DNA from: Candidatus Moraniibacteriota bacterium
GTDB lineage: Bacteria > Patescibacteriota > Minisyncoccia > Moranbacterales > UBA1568
Length of the DNA: 42,904 nucleotides
NCBI GenBank assembly: GCA_013336285.1
Contig: JAAXTX010000006.1
Coordinates: 1 to 42,904, forward strand
Reading direction: 5' to 3'
The stretch's first letter is position 1; every line of letters starts with the position of its first letter. Made by a program: the position numbers and the translations under genes. Shown here piece by piece: positions 28,564 to 36,812 of the stretch. Under the pieces are notes generated by a model. The model was not told the DNA's origin. It ran no database searches and worked only from the letters and a program-made list of their open reading frames with translations.

Positions 28564-28737
28564 TAATGCCGAAAGGGGATTTCTCACGGTTATCGTGGCA
28601 GTGGCTGATTCGAAATTTCCCATCGGCGGAAGGCGGGACGTCAGTGCATCTCGTAAGCCGCTTAGGTTCCTGCCCTTGTCCGTGATTTCATTTCATCCGC
28701 AACTATGTCCGATCGATCCGTACATTTTGAATCCGGC

Positions 28738-29133
28738 ATGAAACGTGTCAAGAAATATCTGTCGCGGTATTTTGATAAGACGATCGATTATTGGTCGATC
28801 CCGCATTTCCTGTTCGGCGCTGTAACCGCGCTCGCCGCCGCGGTGTTTTTTATTCCGTCCCGCACCGCATTCTTTTTTACGGTCGCGCTTGCCGTCTTAT
28901 GGGAGCTGTTCGAATGGAAAAACTTGAATATCGCCGAGGATTTCAGAAACAGGGTAAGCGACGTGATTTTTCCGCTCGTCGCCTTCGTGGCCACGGATAC
29001 TTATGTCGGATCGGTCATCACGGGATCAGACAGGAAAATTTCCCTTTTCGCAGTCGTCACATTCCTGTTCCTGTACACGAACTATATGGCATGGCGGGCC
29101 CGTGCTCGGCACGATCGGGATTTCATGAATTGA
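28738..29133 (+). CDS. Hypothetical 4-TM protein with HF..G / WE.FE / D motif (putative intramembrane metal site)
   Basis: DYWSIPHFLFG, LWELFE, E...NR..D. Confidence 0.7.
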   Translation: MKRVKKYLSRYFDKTIDYWSIPHFLFGAVTALAAAVFFIPSRTAFFFTVALAVLWELFEWKNLNIAEDFRNRVSDVIFPLVAFVATDTYVGSVITGSDRKISLFAVVTFLFLYTNYMAWRARARHDRDFMN

Positions 29134-29255
29134 CGATCGATCTATCAACCATGCGGAAACACGAGCTTCGGCTACCGACGATTTAAACCAACCGGTAGGG
29201 GGCGCGCTTGAAACGTATGAAGATCAACGTTCATTTCATGCTATAATATGTGGTG

Positions 29256-30464
29256 ATGGATATCAGAAAGCGAAAATTCGCCGTTTTCTTTGTTCCGATG
29301 GCAGCGATGATTGCCCTAGGTGTTTTTTTGTCGTTTCGGGTGAGTGCAGCCAGCGTGTCGAGTTTGTCCGATAAGTTGAAGGAAATCAACGACAAGATAA
29401 AGGCATACCAGAGTATCATCGATATAAAGAAAACGCAGGGAATCAACCTGACGAATCAGATCGACTCACTGGAAGCGCAAGCGTCAAAGCTTGAGTTGGA
29501 AATCGAGAAAAATCAGGCGGAACTCGCGGATGTTTCCACAAAGGTTACCGAGAAGGAAACGATCATTTCCAAGCAAAAGGTGGCACTTACGAACCTTATC
29601 CGCGAGTATGAGGGAAGACGTTCGATGACCGACGGCGAGATATTCCTGTCCGGCTCATCAGAAGATCTGAACCTGTTTTTCAAACAACAGGACTGGATGG
29701 TGGAGACCGGAGATCGGATCCGCACGCTCATGGTCGGCATAAGTCAGGAAAAGGCCGTGTTGGATGAGAAGAAGATCGAGGCGGATACGCTCAGGGAGCA
29801 ACTCGGGCAACGCAGCGATTATCTTGACAGCACAAAGGACAGTAAGGCGAACCTGCTCGCGAAAACGCAGGCCGACCAGAAGAAATATGCGACACTCGTC
29901 GATACGCTCGAGGAGCAGCGTCAGCAGATCGAGGATGAGATCCAGAACCTGGAGGCCGGTATGGTCGGTGAGCTCAATATGAAGGACCTGCCTTCCGCTA
30001 AGGCGGGACTGCTCGGGTTCCCGTTGAAGAGCCATGTCGTGACACAGGGATATGGCAAAACGTCATTCGCGAGAAAGTCCGGCATATATAAGAACGGCTT
30101 TCATAACGGATACGATTTTGGCACGTCATCAGGCTCGGACGTGCTCGCGGCCGCGGACGGTAAGGTTGTAGCTACCGGAAACAACGGCCGATACGCGTAT
30201 GGCAGATGGATGGCGATCGATCATGGGAACGGACTTCTTACGATGTACGGTCACCTGACGTCGGTGAAAGCGTCGCGCGGGTCAAAAGTGAAGAAAGGGG
30301 ACGTTGTTGCGAAGTCCGGGAATACCGGCAATTCCACGGGACCGCATCTTCACTTCTCGGTCTTTTCAACGAAGACATTCGAGGTCGTCCCCTCCGCCGT
30401 AGTCTCCAGTCTCAAGGATATTCCGGTCGGCGCGACGGTTTCTCCGGGGAATTACCTTCCCTGA
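29256..30464 (+). CDS. Coiled-coil + M23 peptidoglycan endopeptidase (EnvC/NlpD-like)
   Basis: Signal/TM, long coiled coil, HNGYD, YGHL, GNTGNSTGPHLHF; TGCTATAAT at 29239-29247. Confidence 0.92.
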   Translation: MDIRKRKFAVFFVPMAAMIALGVFLSFRVSAASVSSLSDKLKEINDKIKAYQSIIDIKKTQGINLTNQIDSLEAQASKLELEIEKNQAELADVSTKVTEKETIISKQKVALTNLIREYEGRRSMTDGEIFLSGSSEDLNLFFKQQDWMVETGDRIRTLMVGISQEKAVLDEKKIEADTLREQLGQRSDYLDSTKDSKANLLAKTQADQKKYATLVDTLEEQRQQIEDEIQNLEAGMVGELNMKDLPSAKAGLLGFPLKSHVVTQGYGKTSFARKSGIYKNGFHNGYDFGTSSGSDVLAAADGKVVATGNNGRYAYGRWMAIDHGNGLLTMYGHLTSVKASRGSKVKKGDVVAKSGNTGNSTGPHLHFSVFSTKTFEVVPSAVVSSLKDIPVGATVSPGNYLP

Positions 30465-30493
30465 TTAATTGGCGGTTTTGGTTCTCATAAGTA

Positions 30494-30985
30494 ATGAGGC
30501 GTATGGCATACTTCAACGAAAAGGATAAGATCGTCGGATGGGAAAATTTCCGTGGCTCGGATAACGGAAACTATCTGAAAAGCAAGGCGATGGAAGAACT
30601 ATTGGAGAAGTCACCGAGTCTTGCGTATGTCTGCAAGTCTTCGGGGCGACGAAAGATTGTTTTCGACGCCATAAGGACGCATGCGGAAGAGGGGAAGGGA
30701 CTTCGCGCCAAGGGGCTTCTCCAGGCACTCGGTGACCTGAACGGAGGGAGCGGATTGAATAGGACCGAAACGGATAAGATTCTTCGGGAGGTATTTCCGG
30801 CCGGTTTGAATGACTCCATAAAGAGGGAATTCGTCTATACGCAGCCAGTGAAACCGGAAGAGATCAAGGGTGAGGAGAAGAAGGCTAACTCGGAATCGGG
30901 AGCAGGAAGGGGAGTAGAGTCCGAGGAATCCGATAATCCTCAATCGAAAAGCGACAAGAATGTCTGGGACTATATCCCCTTCTGA
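30494..30985 (+). CDS. Hypothetical protein, paralog of the downstream gene; acidic tail ending WDYIPF
   Basis: Coding-like composition; alignable by eye with 31061-31666; start may be 30503. Confidence 0.75.
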   Translation: MRRMAYFNEKDKIVGWENFRGSDNGNYLKSKAMEELLEKSPSLAYVCKSSGRRKIVFDAIRTHAEEGKGLRAKGLLQALGDLNGGSGLNRTETDKILREVFPAGLNDSIKREFVYTQPVKPEEIKGEEKKANSESGAGRGVESEESDNPQSKSDKNVWDYIPF

Positions 30986-31060
30986 TCAGTCCTTCTTCGA
31001 TAAGATCGATACCGACGACTCATCTTTCGTTCGGTATCGTAACAACGACGAACAAACGAT

Positions 31061-31666
31061 ATGGATAAGATACTTCCAAGCAGGCGCGATCTTGACCCGA
31101 CGTTGCCCGGAATGGATCGGAGGACGATGAAATACTCGACTTCGATCAAGAAGAAGTCCATCGAATTGCTGCACAAGGATAAGGACATCAGACGATATGT
31201 CGATACTCCTGATGAACAGAGGGCGTTCAAGAAGGCGATGAATAAGCTCAAGGGTTCGAGATACGGCGTAACCGCCGACGATATCCCGACTATCCTCATC
31301 GAGATGGTGAAGGATAAGGGCAGCGGATTCGATCGCATGGAAGCTCGGAAACTCGCGGACGCTCTCGTCAAGAGGAATGACATACCGGCATGGAAGAAGC
31401 GGGAGCTGATGCGTCCGTTCTATAACGCGAGTACGTTCAAGGAAGATCGCCCGGCGATGAAGAACGATCCGCACGTGATAGTTCCGGATGTGAAGACTAC
31501 CGGTGCCTCGCGGTTCCTTCCTGTCGCCGCCGGGGTGAATGGGAACGGCGTTCAGGGAAAGAAGACGACTAAGAGCGAACCGTCGATACTCAGACCCCTT
31601 CCGACCGATGGCAAGACGGGCACATCCGGTCAGAAACCGTCAGCACCGACGAAGAGCTGGTTCTGA
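31061..31666 (+). CDS. Hypothetical basic protein, paralog of the upstream gene; tail ending KSWF
   Basis: Shares the K.K..ELL.K...G..A...GSG..R.E..K core. Confidence 0.75.
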   Translation: MDKILPSRRDLDPTLPGMDRRTMKYSTSIKKKSIELLHKDKDIRRYVDTPDEQRAFKKAMNKLKGSRYGVTADDIPTILIEMVKDKGSGFDRMEARKLADALVKRNDIPAWKKRELMRPFYNASTFKEDRPAMKNDPHVIVPDVKTTGASRFLPVAAGVNGNGVQGKKTTKSEPSILRPLPTDGKTGTSGQKPSAPTKSWF

Positions 31667-31862
31667 TTCTGAAATTCATATGTCCGCAAACTGCCCCGGA
31701 TAATTTTTTCGTAAAACGGGGGAGTAACGATATGCGAACCGGTGAGACACACAGTCGTCTCTCGGGATGACTCATACTCATTTTCTGTTCCGTACATGAT
31801 AAGGGAAAGTTATAGCATCGAAACGGAGGGGTAGGGCGGTACATGGATGTATACCGATCCGG

Positions 31863-31894
31863 TCCGGAACCTCGGTTCCGGATTTTATTTTTTT
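31863..31894 (+). terminator. Intrinsic terminator
   Basis: TCCGGAAC-CTCG-GTTCCGGA followed by TTTTATTTTTTT. Confidence 0.75.
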
Positions 31895-31961
31895 GTCGCG
31901 AGGGGACGCTCTGTTCGTTTATCGGATATGTTTCTTTATGCTCGTGTATACGTTTCATATT

Positions 31962-31989
31962 ATGTCGCATAAGTTACATTATGCGACGT
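31962..31989. other. Symmetric dif-like tyrosine-recombinase site (11-6-11)
   Basis: ATGTCGCATAA-GTTACA-TTATGCGACGT; both arms resemble the XerC arm of dif. Confidence 0.5.
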
Positions 31990-32190
31990 ATAATGTAATG
32001 AATGCCCTGCGAGAAAAGGATAAAATATTTGACCGTATTGAATACGCGTCTCATCCTGACTTTCACCATGCCCCGTCCGATGACGGTCCCAAGACGGATC
32101 CGCATATTCGTTACGGCATATCACCTGTCACTATGTATCCATTTTTTCGTTTACGAATTTCTCATTGGCAGAAGTCCCCTTTCGTTCCAA

Positions 32191-32223
32191 TAAAAAGTCC
32201 GCAATCGTATTGGATTGCGGACT
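32191..32223 (-). terminator. Intrinsic terminator
   Basis: AGTCCGCAATC/GATTGCGGACT stem with a U-tract on the minus strand. Confidence 0.8.
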
Positions 32224-32254
32224 CCGTGGAACATCAGTCCAACTGCTACCGTTT

Positions 32255-32608
32255 TCATTTCGTGATGATCCGCGATAGGAACCTGCTCTGTTCCGGGAGG
32301 TACTTCATCACGAATGGGAACGGCGTCGTTTCCCGTTCCGGTATGCCCGTTACGACGTACTCGTCCGGACGCCACGGGATACGGTAGGCGCAAGTCACCC
32401 TGTGCATGGTTTTTCCGCAGATAGTGATGGGCGGTACCAGGTCATACGACTGTCCGGCATAGAGCGTGTTGCAGATGAGTGCCGGTCCTTGATCGGGCTT
32501 GAACCGGTAAATGGTCGAGACGGTATTATCGCGATCCCGATTCACGAAACGGGCCTCATCTTTCCCGTGAGTCTTTCTCACCGGAACCAGGTAGATAATT
32601 TTTGCCAT
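32255..32608 (-). CDS. Hypothetical protein
   Basis: MAKIIYLVPV...; AT-rich promoter-like region upstream and a terminator just downstream. Confidence 0.6.
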   Translation of the reverse strand: MAKIIYLVPVRKTHGKDEARFVNRDRDNTVSTIYRFKPDQGPALICNTLYAGQSYDLVPPITICGKTMHRVTCAYRIPWRPDEYVVTGIPERETTPFPFVMKYLPEQSRFLSRIITK

Positions 32609-32744
32609 CGGCGTAAGGTCTGTCGTTAGGTTGTGAATGAGTTGATAGTAATAAAACATATAAACGTAATTAAGTCAATATCGGGTTCGGAATCCTTACT
32701 TCTGATACAATGGGACGGTATATGTTTTTATCGAAACATCGGTT

Positions 32745-33908
32745 ATGCGTCTTTCCTATTCAAGCATCGAGTCTTACAAGACCTGTCCGCTCAAGTACCG
32801 ATTTCAACATGTCGACAGGATCAAGGAGCCGAAGTCCAAGGAGCAGGTGTTCGGTACCTTGATACATTCTGTCATGCGTTTTATTCATGCGCCGGCGCCG
32901 TCGCAGCCGACGCTCGACGAGGCTCTTAACATGTTTTCGCAGAATTGGAACGGCGAGCTGTATCCCGATGAACGCGAAGATCGCGCCGCGTTTTCCCAGG
33001 GTGTGAAGATCATTCAGGAATATTATCGAAAAAACGACCCGAACGACTTCACGGTCGTTGATCTTGAGAGCCGTTTCGCTATCGAGATCGGCGACGACGT
33101 CACCGGGCGTCATGTGATAGCCGGCACCATCGACCGTATCGACGTGACGTCCGACGGATACGAGATCATCGACTATAAGACCGGAAAAAAAATGCCCTCG
33201 CAGGACAAGATCGACAACGACCTGCAGTTGTCGATCTATCTCAAGGCGTTCCTGAACAGATATCCCAAGGAAACGGAACATCTTGAAAGAATCACGGTGA
33301 GTCTGTATTTCCTCCGTCACGGGGTGAAGCTTTCCTCCACGCGGACACGTGAACAGCTCGACGCCCTCGACAGCCGGTTCCTCGATGTCATCAAGGAGAT
33401 CGAGGCGGAGAAATTCGAGCCCGTCCTTTCCGCACTCTGTGACTATTGCGGATACCAGAAGATCTGCCCCCTGTGGAAGCACAAGTTCCTTGAGGAGATG
33501 ACGGTAGAGGACGATGATGCGGGCAAGGCGGCGGATGAGATGGCGGAAATCCGTGACCGCTCGAAATCCGATCGTCGCCGTATCGCGGAACTCCAGGAGA
33601 TCCTCCTCCGCTATATGGAACAGAAACAAGTCGAACGCGTCTTCAGCGGATCGAATATCGTAGGCAAATCGCTCCGAAAGACCTACTCGTATGACGAGGA
33701 CGCCCTTCGCTCGGTACTTGAGCCTTTGGGAAAATGGGATGCGGTGCGAAAGGTGGACGGAATCGCGCTCCGCGGCATTCTCCCCCTCATCCCGTCCTCC
33801 GATCGCGACAGGGTCGAGAAGGCTAAGACGGTCGAGAAGGAATCGGTAACGCTCAGCATAAAAAAATCCAAGGAAATCGAAGGACTTGACGACACTGTTA
33901 TTTCGTGA
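32745..33908 (+). CDS. PD-(D/E)XK nuclease, RecB/AddB/Cas4-like, with Fe-S-staple cysteines and a C-terminal extension
   Basis: LSYSSI...CPLKY, GTLIH, GTIDRID, IIDYKTG, QLSIY, CDYCGYQKICP. Confidence 0.9.
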   Translation: MRLSYSSIESYKTCPLKYRFQHVDRIKEPKSKEQVFGTLIHSVMRFIHAPAPSQPTLDEALNMFSQNWNGELYPDEREDRAAFSQGVKIIQEYYRKNDPNDFTVVDLESRFAIEIGDDVTGRHVIAGTIDRIDVTSDGYEIIDYKTGKKMPSQDKIDNDLQLSIYLKAFLNRYPKETEHLERITVSLYFLRHGVKLSSTRTREQLDALDSRFLDVIKEIEAEKFEPVLSALCDYCGYQKICPLWKHKFLEEMTVEDDDAGKAADEMAEIRDRSKSDRRRIAELQEILLRYMEQKQVERVFSGSNIVGKSLRKTYSYDEDALRSVLEPLGKWDAVRKVDGIALRGILPLIPSSDRDRVEKAKTVEKESVTLSIKKSKEIEGLDDTVIS

Positions 33909-33942
33909 CATCATTTATTGACTGAATCAATAAGATACGGCG

Positions 33943-34662
33943 ATGTCACAAATATCAGAGAGTATCCCCTACCCCGTCCGTATAAACCGCTATCTCGCCC
34001 TGAAAGGTGTCTCGACACGTCGTGGGGCGGAAAGTCTCATCACGGCCGGTAAGGTGACCATAAACGGTCGTACTGCCGTCCTGACTGATCGCGTGAATGA
34101 AAACGACGATGTGATCGTGCGGAATCATACCGAGCGGAAATATCGCTACTTCGCATACAATAAGCCGCGAGGAATAGTGACACATTCCCCCCAGAACCCG
34201 GGAGAGAAAGCGATCGCCGACGTCGCCGGCATACCGGGAGTGTTTCCGGTAGGTCGTCTCGATAAATCTTCGGAAGGCCTGATGATTCTGACGGATGACG
34301 GACGCGTGACCGAACGACTGTTGTCACCGCGTTTCGCGCACGAAAAGGAATATCTGGTCACGGTTCGTGAGGACGTACGGCCAGACATGCTCGCCCGCCT
34401 TGCGGATGGACCGATGCTCGAAGACGGTCCGACGAAACGATGTGTCGCCGTGTCCCGAGGATCGCACATGATTTCGCTTACCATCACCGAAGGTCGGAAA
34501 CATCAGGTGCGCCGTATGCTCGATGCGGTCGGTGGTACCGTAACCTCCCTCCGCCGTATCCGTATCATGCGTGTGCCTCTCGGCAATCTGCCTTCCGGGA
34601 AACATCGTCAGTTCAAAGGCGACGATCTTCAGGAATTCCTTTCGGATCTCGGTCTCGTATAA
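33943..34662 (+). CDS. RsuA/RluB/RluF-family pseudouridine synthase with S4 domain
   Basis: RINRYLA..G..TRR, YNKPRG, VGRLD..SEGL..LTDDG, EGRKHQVRRM. Confidence 0.95.
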   Translation: MSQISESIPYPVRINRYLALKGVSTRRGAESLITAGKVTINGRTAVLTDRVNENDDVIVRNHTERKYRYFAYNKPRGIVTHSPQNPGEKAIADVAGIPGVFPVGRLDKSSEGLMILTDDGRVTERLLSPRFAHEKEYLVTVREDVRPDMLARLADGPMLEDGPTKRCVAVSRGSHMISLTITEGRKHQVRRMLDAVGGTVTSLRRIRIMRVPLGNLPSGKHRQFKGDDLQEFLSDLGLV

Positions 34663-34680
34663 ACGGATGTCCTCGGAAAT

Positions 34681-34719
34681 AAAAATGCCGCCGTTCGCAT
34701 GGGTGCGAATGGCGGCTTT
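34681..34719. terminator. Terminator hairpin between convergent genes
   Basis: GCCGCCGTTCGCA-TGGG-TGCGAATGGCGGC. Confidence 0.7.
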
Positions 34720-34807
34720 CCCGTTCACGCCGAGACGGGCCGGCTGATTCTCCTATGGGATTTCCCGGTGAATCACGGACGCCCCTCTCTTCTCTTCCCT
34801 TTCCTTG

Positions 34808-35560
34808 TCAGAGATATCTCTTCGCCTGGAAATCGATATCGGGGTCGAATGCGAGCCGCACCTGGAAGGGACTCGGCTCGATGACGACCCGCACCACGTC
34901 GATGACCTTCTTTCTTTTCGTATCGGCGTGGCCGATAGCCTTTCCCTTCGTGATATCGATCTGCAGTCTTTGCGGATTGATCGCGTTTCGGATCGGTTGT
35001 GTTCCGGCGGATGCGCATATCGTTCGGATAGAGAGATGATCGGAATCGAGCGGTTGCACCGATCCGCCGGCGCTCAGATTGTACGCTGTTGAGCCTTGGG
35101 CTGTCGCCACGATGATGCCGTCCCCGCGGAATATCTTTTCGGGATATTTTTCGCCTCGGATCACGCCTTCTACGACGCTTCCGCTTTCGGCCTTGACATA
35201 CGCGTCGTTGAAAACCAGGAATTCGCGTTCCTTACCCGACCTCGTGACGAATGTCGCTCTCAGGAGCTGCATCGGGATGATGTCGAGTTTTTTCCCAAGC
35301 AGTCTTTCGAACTGTTCCGCATCATCCACGGGATTCAGCAGGAATCCCCGCGTGCCGCGGTTGATCCCGATGATAGGAACCCCGTGCATATAGTACTTCG
35401 GTACCGCTTCCAGTATGCCTCCATCGCCGCTTGATACGATGAGAAAATCGGCTTGACTCGGTTTATTTACGACCTGGAATCTGTCGCCGGCAAACCAACT
35501 TTTCACGTCCGCACTGCGCGGATCATTGGATGGTACCAAAAACAATTTGCTTTTACCCAT
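34808..35560 (-). CDS. nadK: NAD(+) kinase
   Basis: GDG, GINRG..GFL, FND, DGIIVATAQGSTAYNLSAGG; GAGGTG SD. Confidence 0.9.
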   Translation of the reverse strand: MGKSKLFLVPSNDPRSADVKSWFAGDRFQVVNKPSQADFLIVSSGDGGILEAVPKYYMHGVPIIGINRGTRGFLLNPVDDAEQFERLLGKKLDIIPMQLLRATFVTRSGKEREFLVFNDAYVKAESGSVVEGVIRGEKYPEKIFRGDGIIVATAQGSTAYNLSAGGSVQPLDSDHLSIRTICASAGTQPIRNAINPQRLQIDITKGKAIGHADTKRKKVIDVVRVVIEPSPFQVRLAFDPDIDFQAKRYL

Positions 35561-35752
35561 ATATCACCTCCGTGGGGTATCTGGTTGTCGGATTATCAAG
35601 GTTCTTTTCCTCGGTCGAGCTTCCCAAATCAATTGAGTATCTCGATAAAGGAGCCGATGATCTGGAATATTGCCGTTACCGGTATGACGATTCGGCGGCG
35701 TTGAACGGAATATCGGTATGGCTTGTGCAACCTGACTGATGATTGGGATGTG

Positions 35753-35781
35753 AACATAACATTCATATGGATAACTGTCAA
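35753..35781 (-). promoter_or_regulatory. Putative nadK promoter giving a ~185-nt leader
   Basis: TTGACA-17-(TGt)TATGTT on the minus strand. Confidence 0.6.
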
Positions 35782-35860
35782 GGTGTCGGAGTCAGATCTT
35801 CGCCGATCAAATTCCCGATTCCGAGAATGCTTGGATTGACTCCCGAAACGTGGTCTCCAT

Positions 35861-35953
35861 AAAAAATAAGATCACTCGTTGAGTGATCCGTTGTTATATG
35901 GTCGGCCGGTTGGCCTTCTTATTTGTAGAAGAATGAACGATTTCACGCTTCTA
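35861..35953 (-). ncRNA. Candidate ~95-nt small RNA
   Basis: TTGACA (35987-35982)-17-(TGa)TATCCT upstream; three hairpins, the last a terminator with U-tract; no SD-led ORF. Confidence 0.45.
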
Positions 35954-36034
35954 TTTGAAGGATATCACCCGATGATGACCGTGTCAAGCGGAGAGCGATG
36001 GTCTTCGCGATGACCGTTAACCTGTTTTCTGATT

Positions 36035-36067
36035 ATCGGAAAATAATCGGAAAATAATCGGAAAAAA
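36035..36067. repeat. 11-bp tandem repeat ATCGGAAAATA x3
   Basis: Two exact copies plus ATCGGAAAAAA. Confidence 0.8.
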
Positions 36068-36240
36068 GAAAAAGGATACTCGGCGGTGCGCGTCGCAAGA
36101 GCATCCTTCTTATATGGGCCGCTGTTATGTTTACGCGCACGATGCTTCATCGTAGCATAGTATCCTCCTTGTTATGGCAGGTTGGCGAATGTGCGAATAT
36201 TGGGCATCGCGATAATCTACGAAAGAACAGGTGTTTGATG
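36062..36240 (-). ncRNA. Candidate ~180-nt small RNA carrying an SD-led 3-codon ORF (MLR*)
   Basis: TTGACA-17-(TGc)TACCAT promoter (36275-36247); AAGGAGG SD; terminator AAGGATGCTC/GAGTATCCTT with U-tract. Confidence 0.45.
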
Positions 36241-36377
36241 TTCTCTATGGTAGCACAATTATCAAGCACTGTCAAGTGTCTGCATCAAAACATCCATGAA
36301 TCGCTTTTTTTGCTTTATAAAAGCCATTTCATAAAATCATCAGATCGTATGGTTTTCGGCTTGAATTAACTTCCGAA

Positions 36378-36407
36378 ACAAATAGAGGGATGCGTCAAGC
36401 ATCCCTC
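36378..36407 (-). terminator. Intrinsic terminator
   Basis: GAGGGATGC/GCATCCCTC stem. Confidence 0.7.
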
Positions 36408-36421
36408 ATAGGAAACGATTC

Positions 36422-36640
36422 TCACCAATCGGGATAATCCCCTTTGGTCAGGCGAACGTCGTCACGTCGCTTCTTTTCATCCTCGCAGCGTTTGCAATAT
36501 CCGGTCAGCGGCGCGAAAAATTCTTTCGTCCCATCGACAGCGGCTTCTCGTGCGATCTGCCAGAATTCAACGGAGATTTCCCGTACAACTTTCATGAGCG
36601 GCATCGCCGCCTCTTTCAGGGCTTCGTATTTTTCTTTCAT
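36422..36640 (-). CDS. Small hypothetical protein with a CxxC
   Basis: GGGAGGT SD; own promoter-like motif (TTGCAT-17-TAGAAA) and terminator. Confidence 0.7.
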   Translation of the reverse strand: MKEKYEALKEAAMPLMKVVREISVEFWQIAREAAVDGTKEFFAPLTGYCKRCEDEKKRRDDVRLTKGDYPDW

Positions 36641-36775
36641 TTGTTACCTCCCGGTTCTCTGGTTGCTAAAGAATCACAAAAACGTGAATACTTTCTACCA
36701 TTTGTTCAGATTAGATGCAAGGCATATCCGATATGTGAATCCGTGATATATGTCCATCGCGTGCTATACGTAGAA

Positions 36776-36798
36776 CAAACCGCCATGACGGCGGTTTG
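36776..36798 (-). terminator. Terminator after the phosphohexomutase
   Basis: CAAACCGCC-ATGAC-GGCGGTTTG. Confidence 0.65.
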
Positions 36799-36812
36799 AT
36801 TCGCAAGGTCCG

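Noticed and set aside
28600-28670. SRP or 6S RNA assignment
   Set aside because: A GGAA loop is present but the SRP CAGG/AGCAG internal-loop motif is missing; the core is too short for 6S. Kept only as an unnamed structured candidate.
31731-31769. SD-led 12-codon ORF MRTGETHSRLSG*
   Set aside because: GGGGGAG SD is present, but the ORF is too short to support without conservation data.
31893-32387. 164-aa plus-strand ORF
   Set aside because: TTG start in a terminator tail; spans the dif-like palindrome and another terminator; overlaps a better-supported minus-strand gene.
32745-33908. Cas4/CRISPR system
   Set aside because: No repeat-spacer array or other cas genes in the window.
36035-36067. 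11-bp triple repeat as iterons or CRISPR
   Set aside because: Contiguous units with no spacers and no Rep gene; likely slippage beside a terminator tail.
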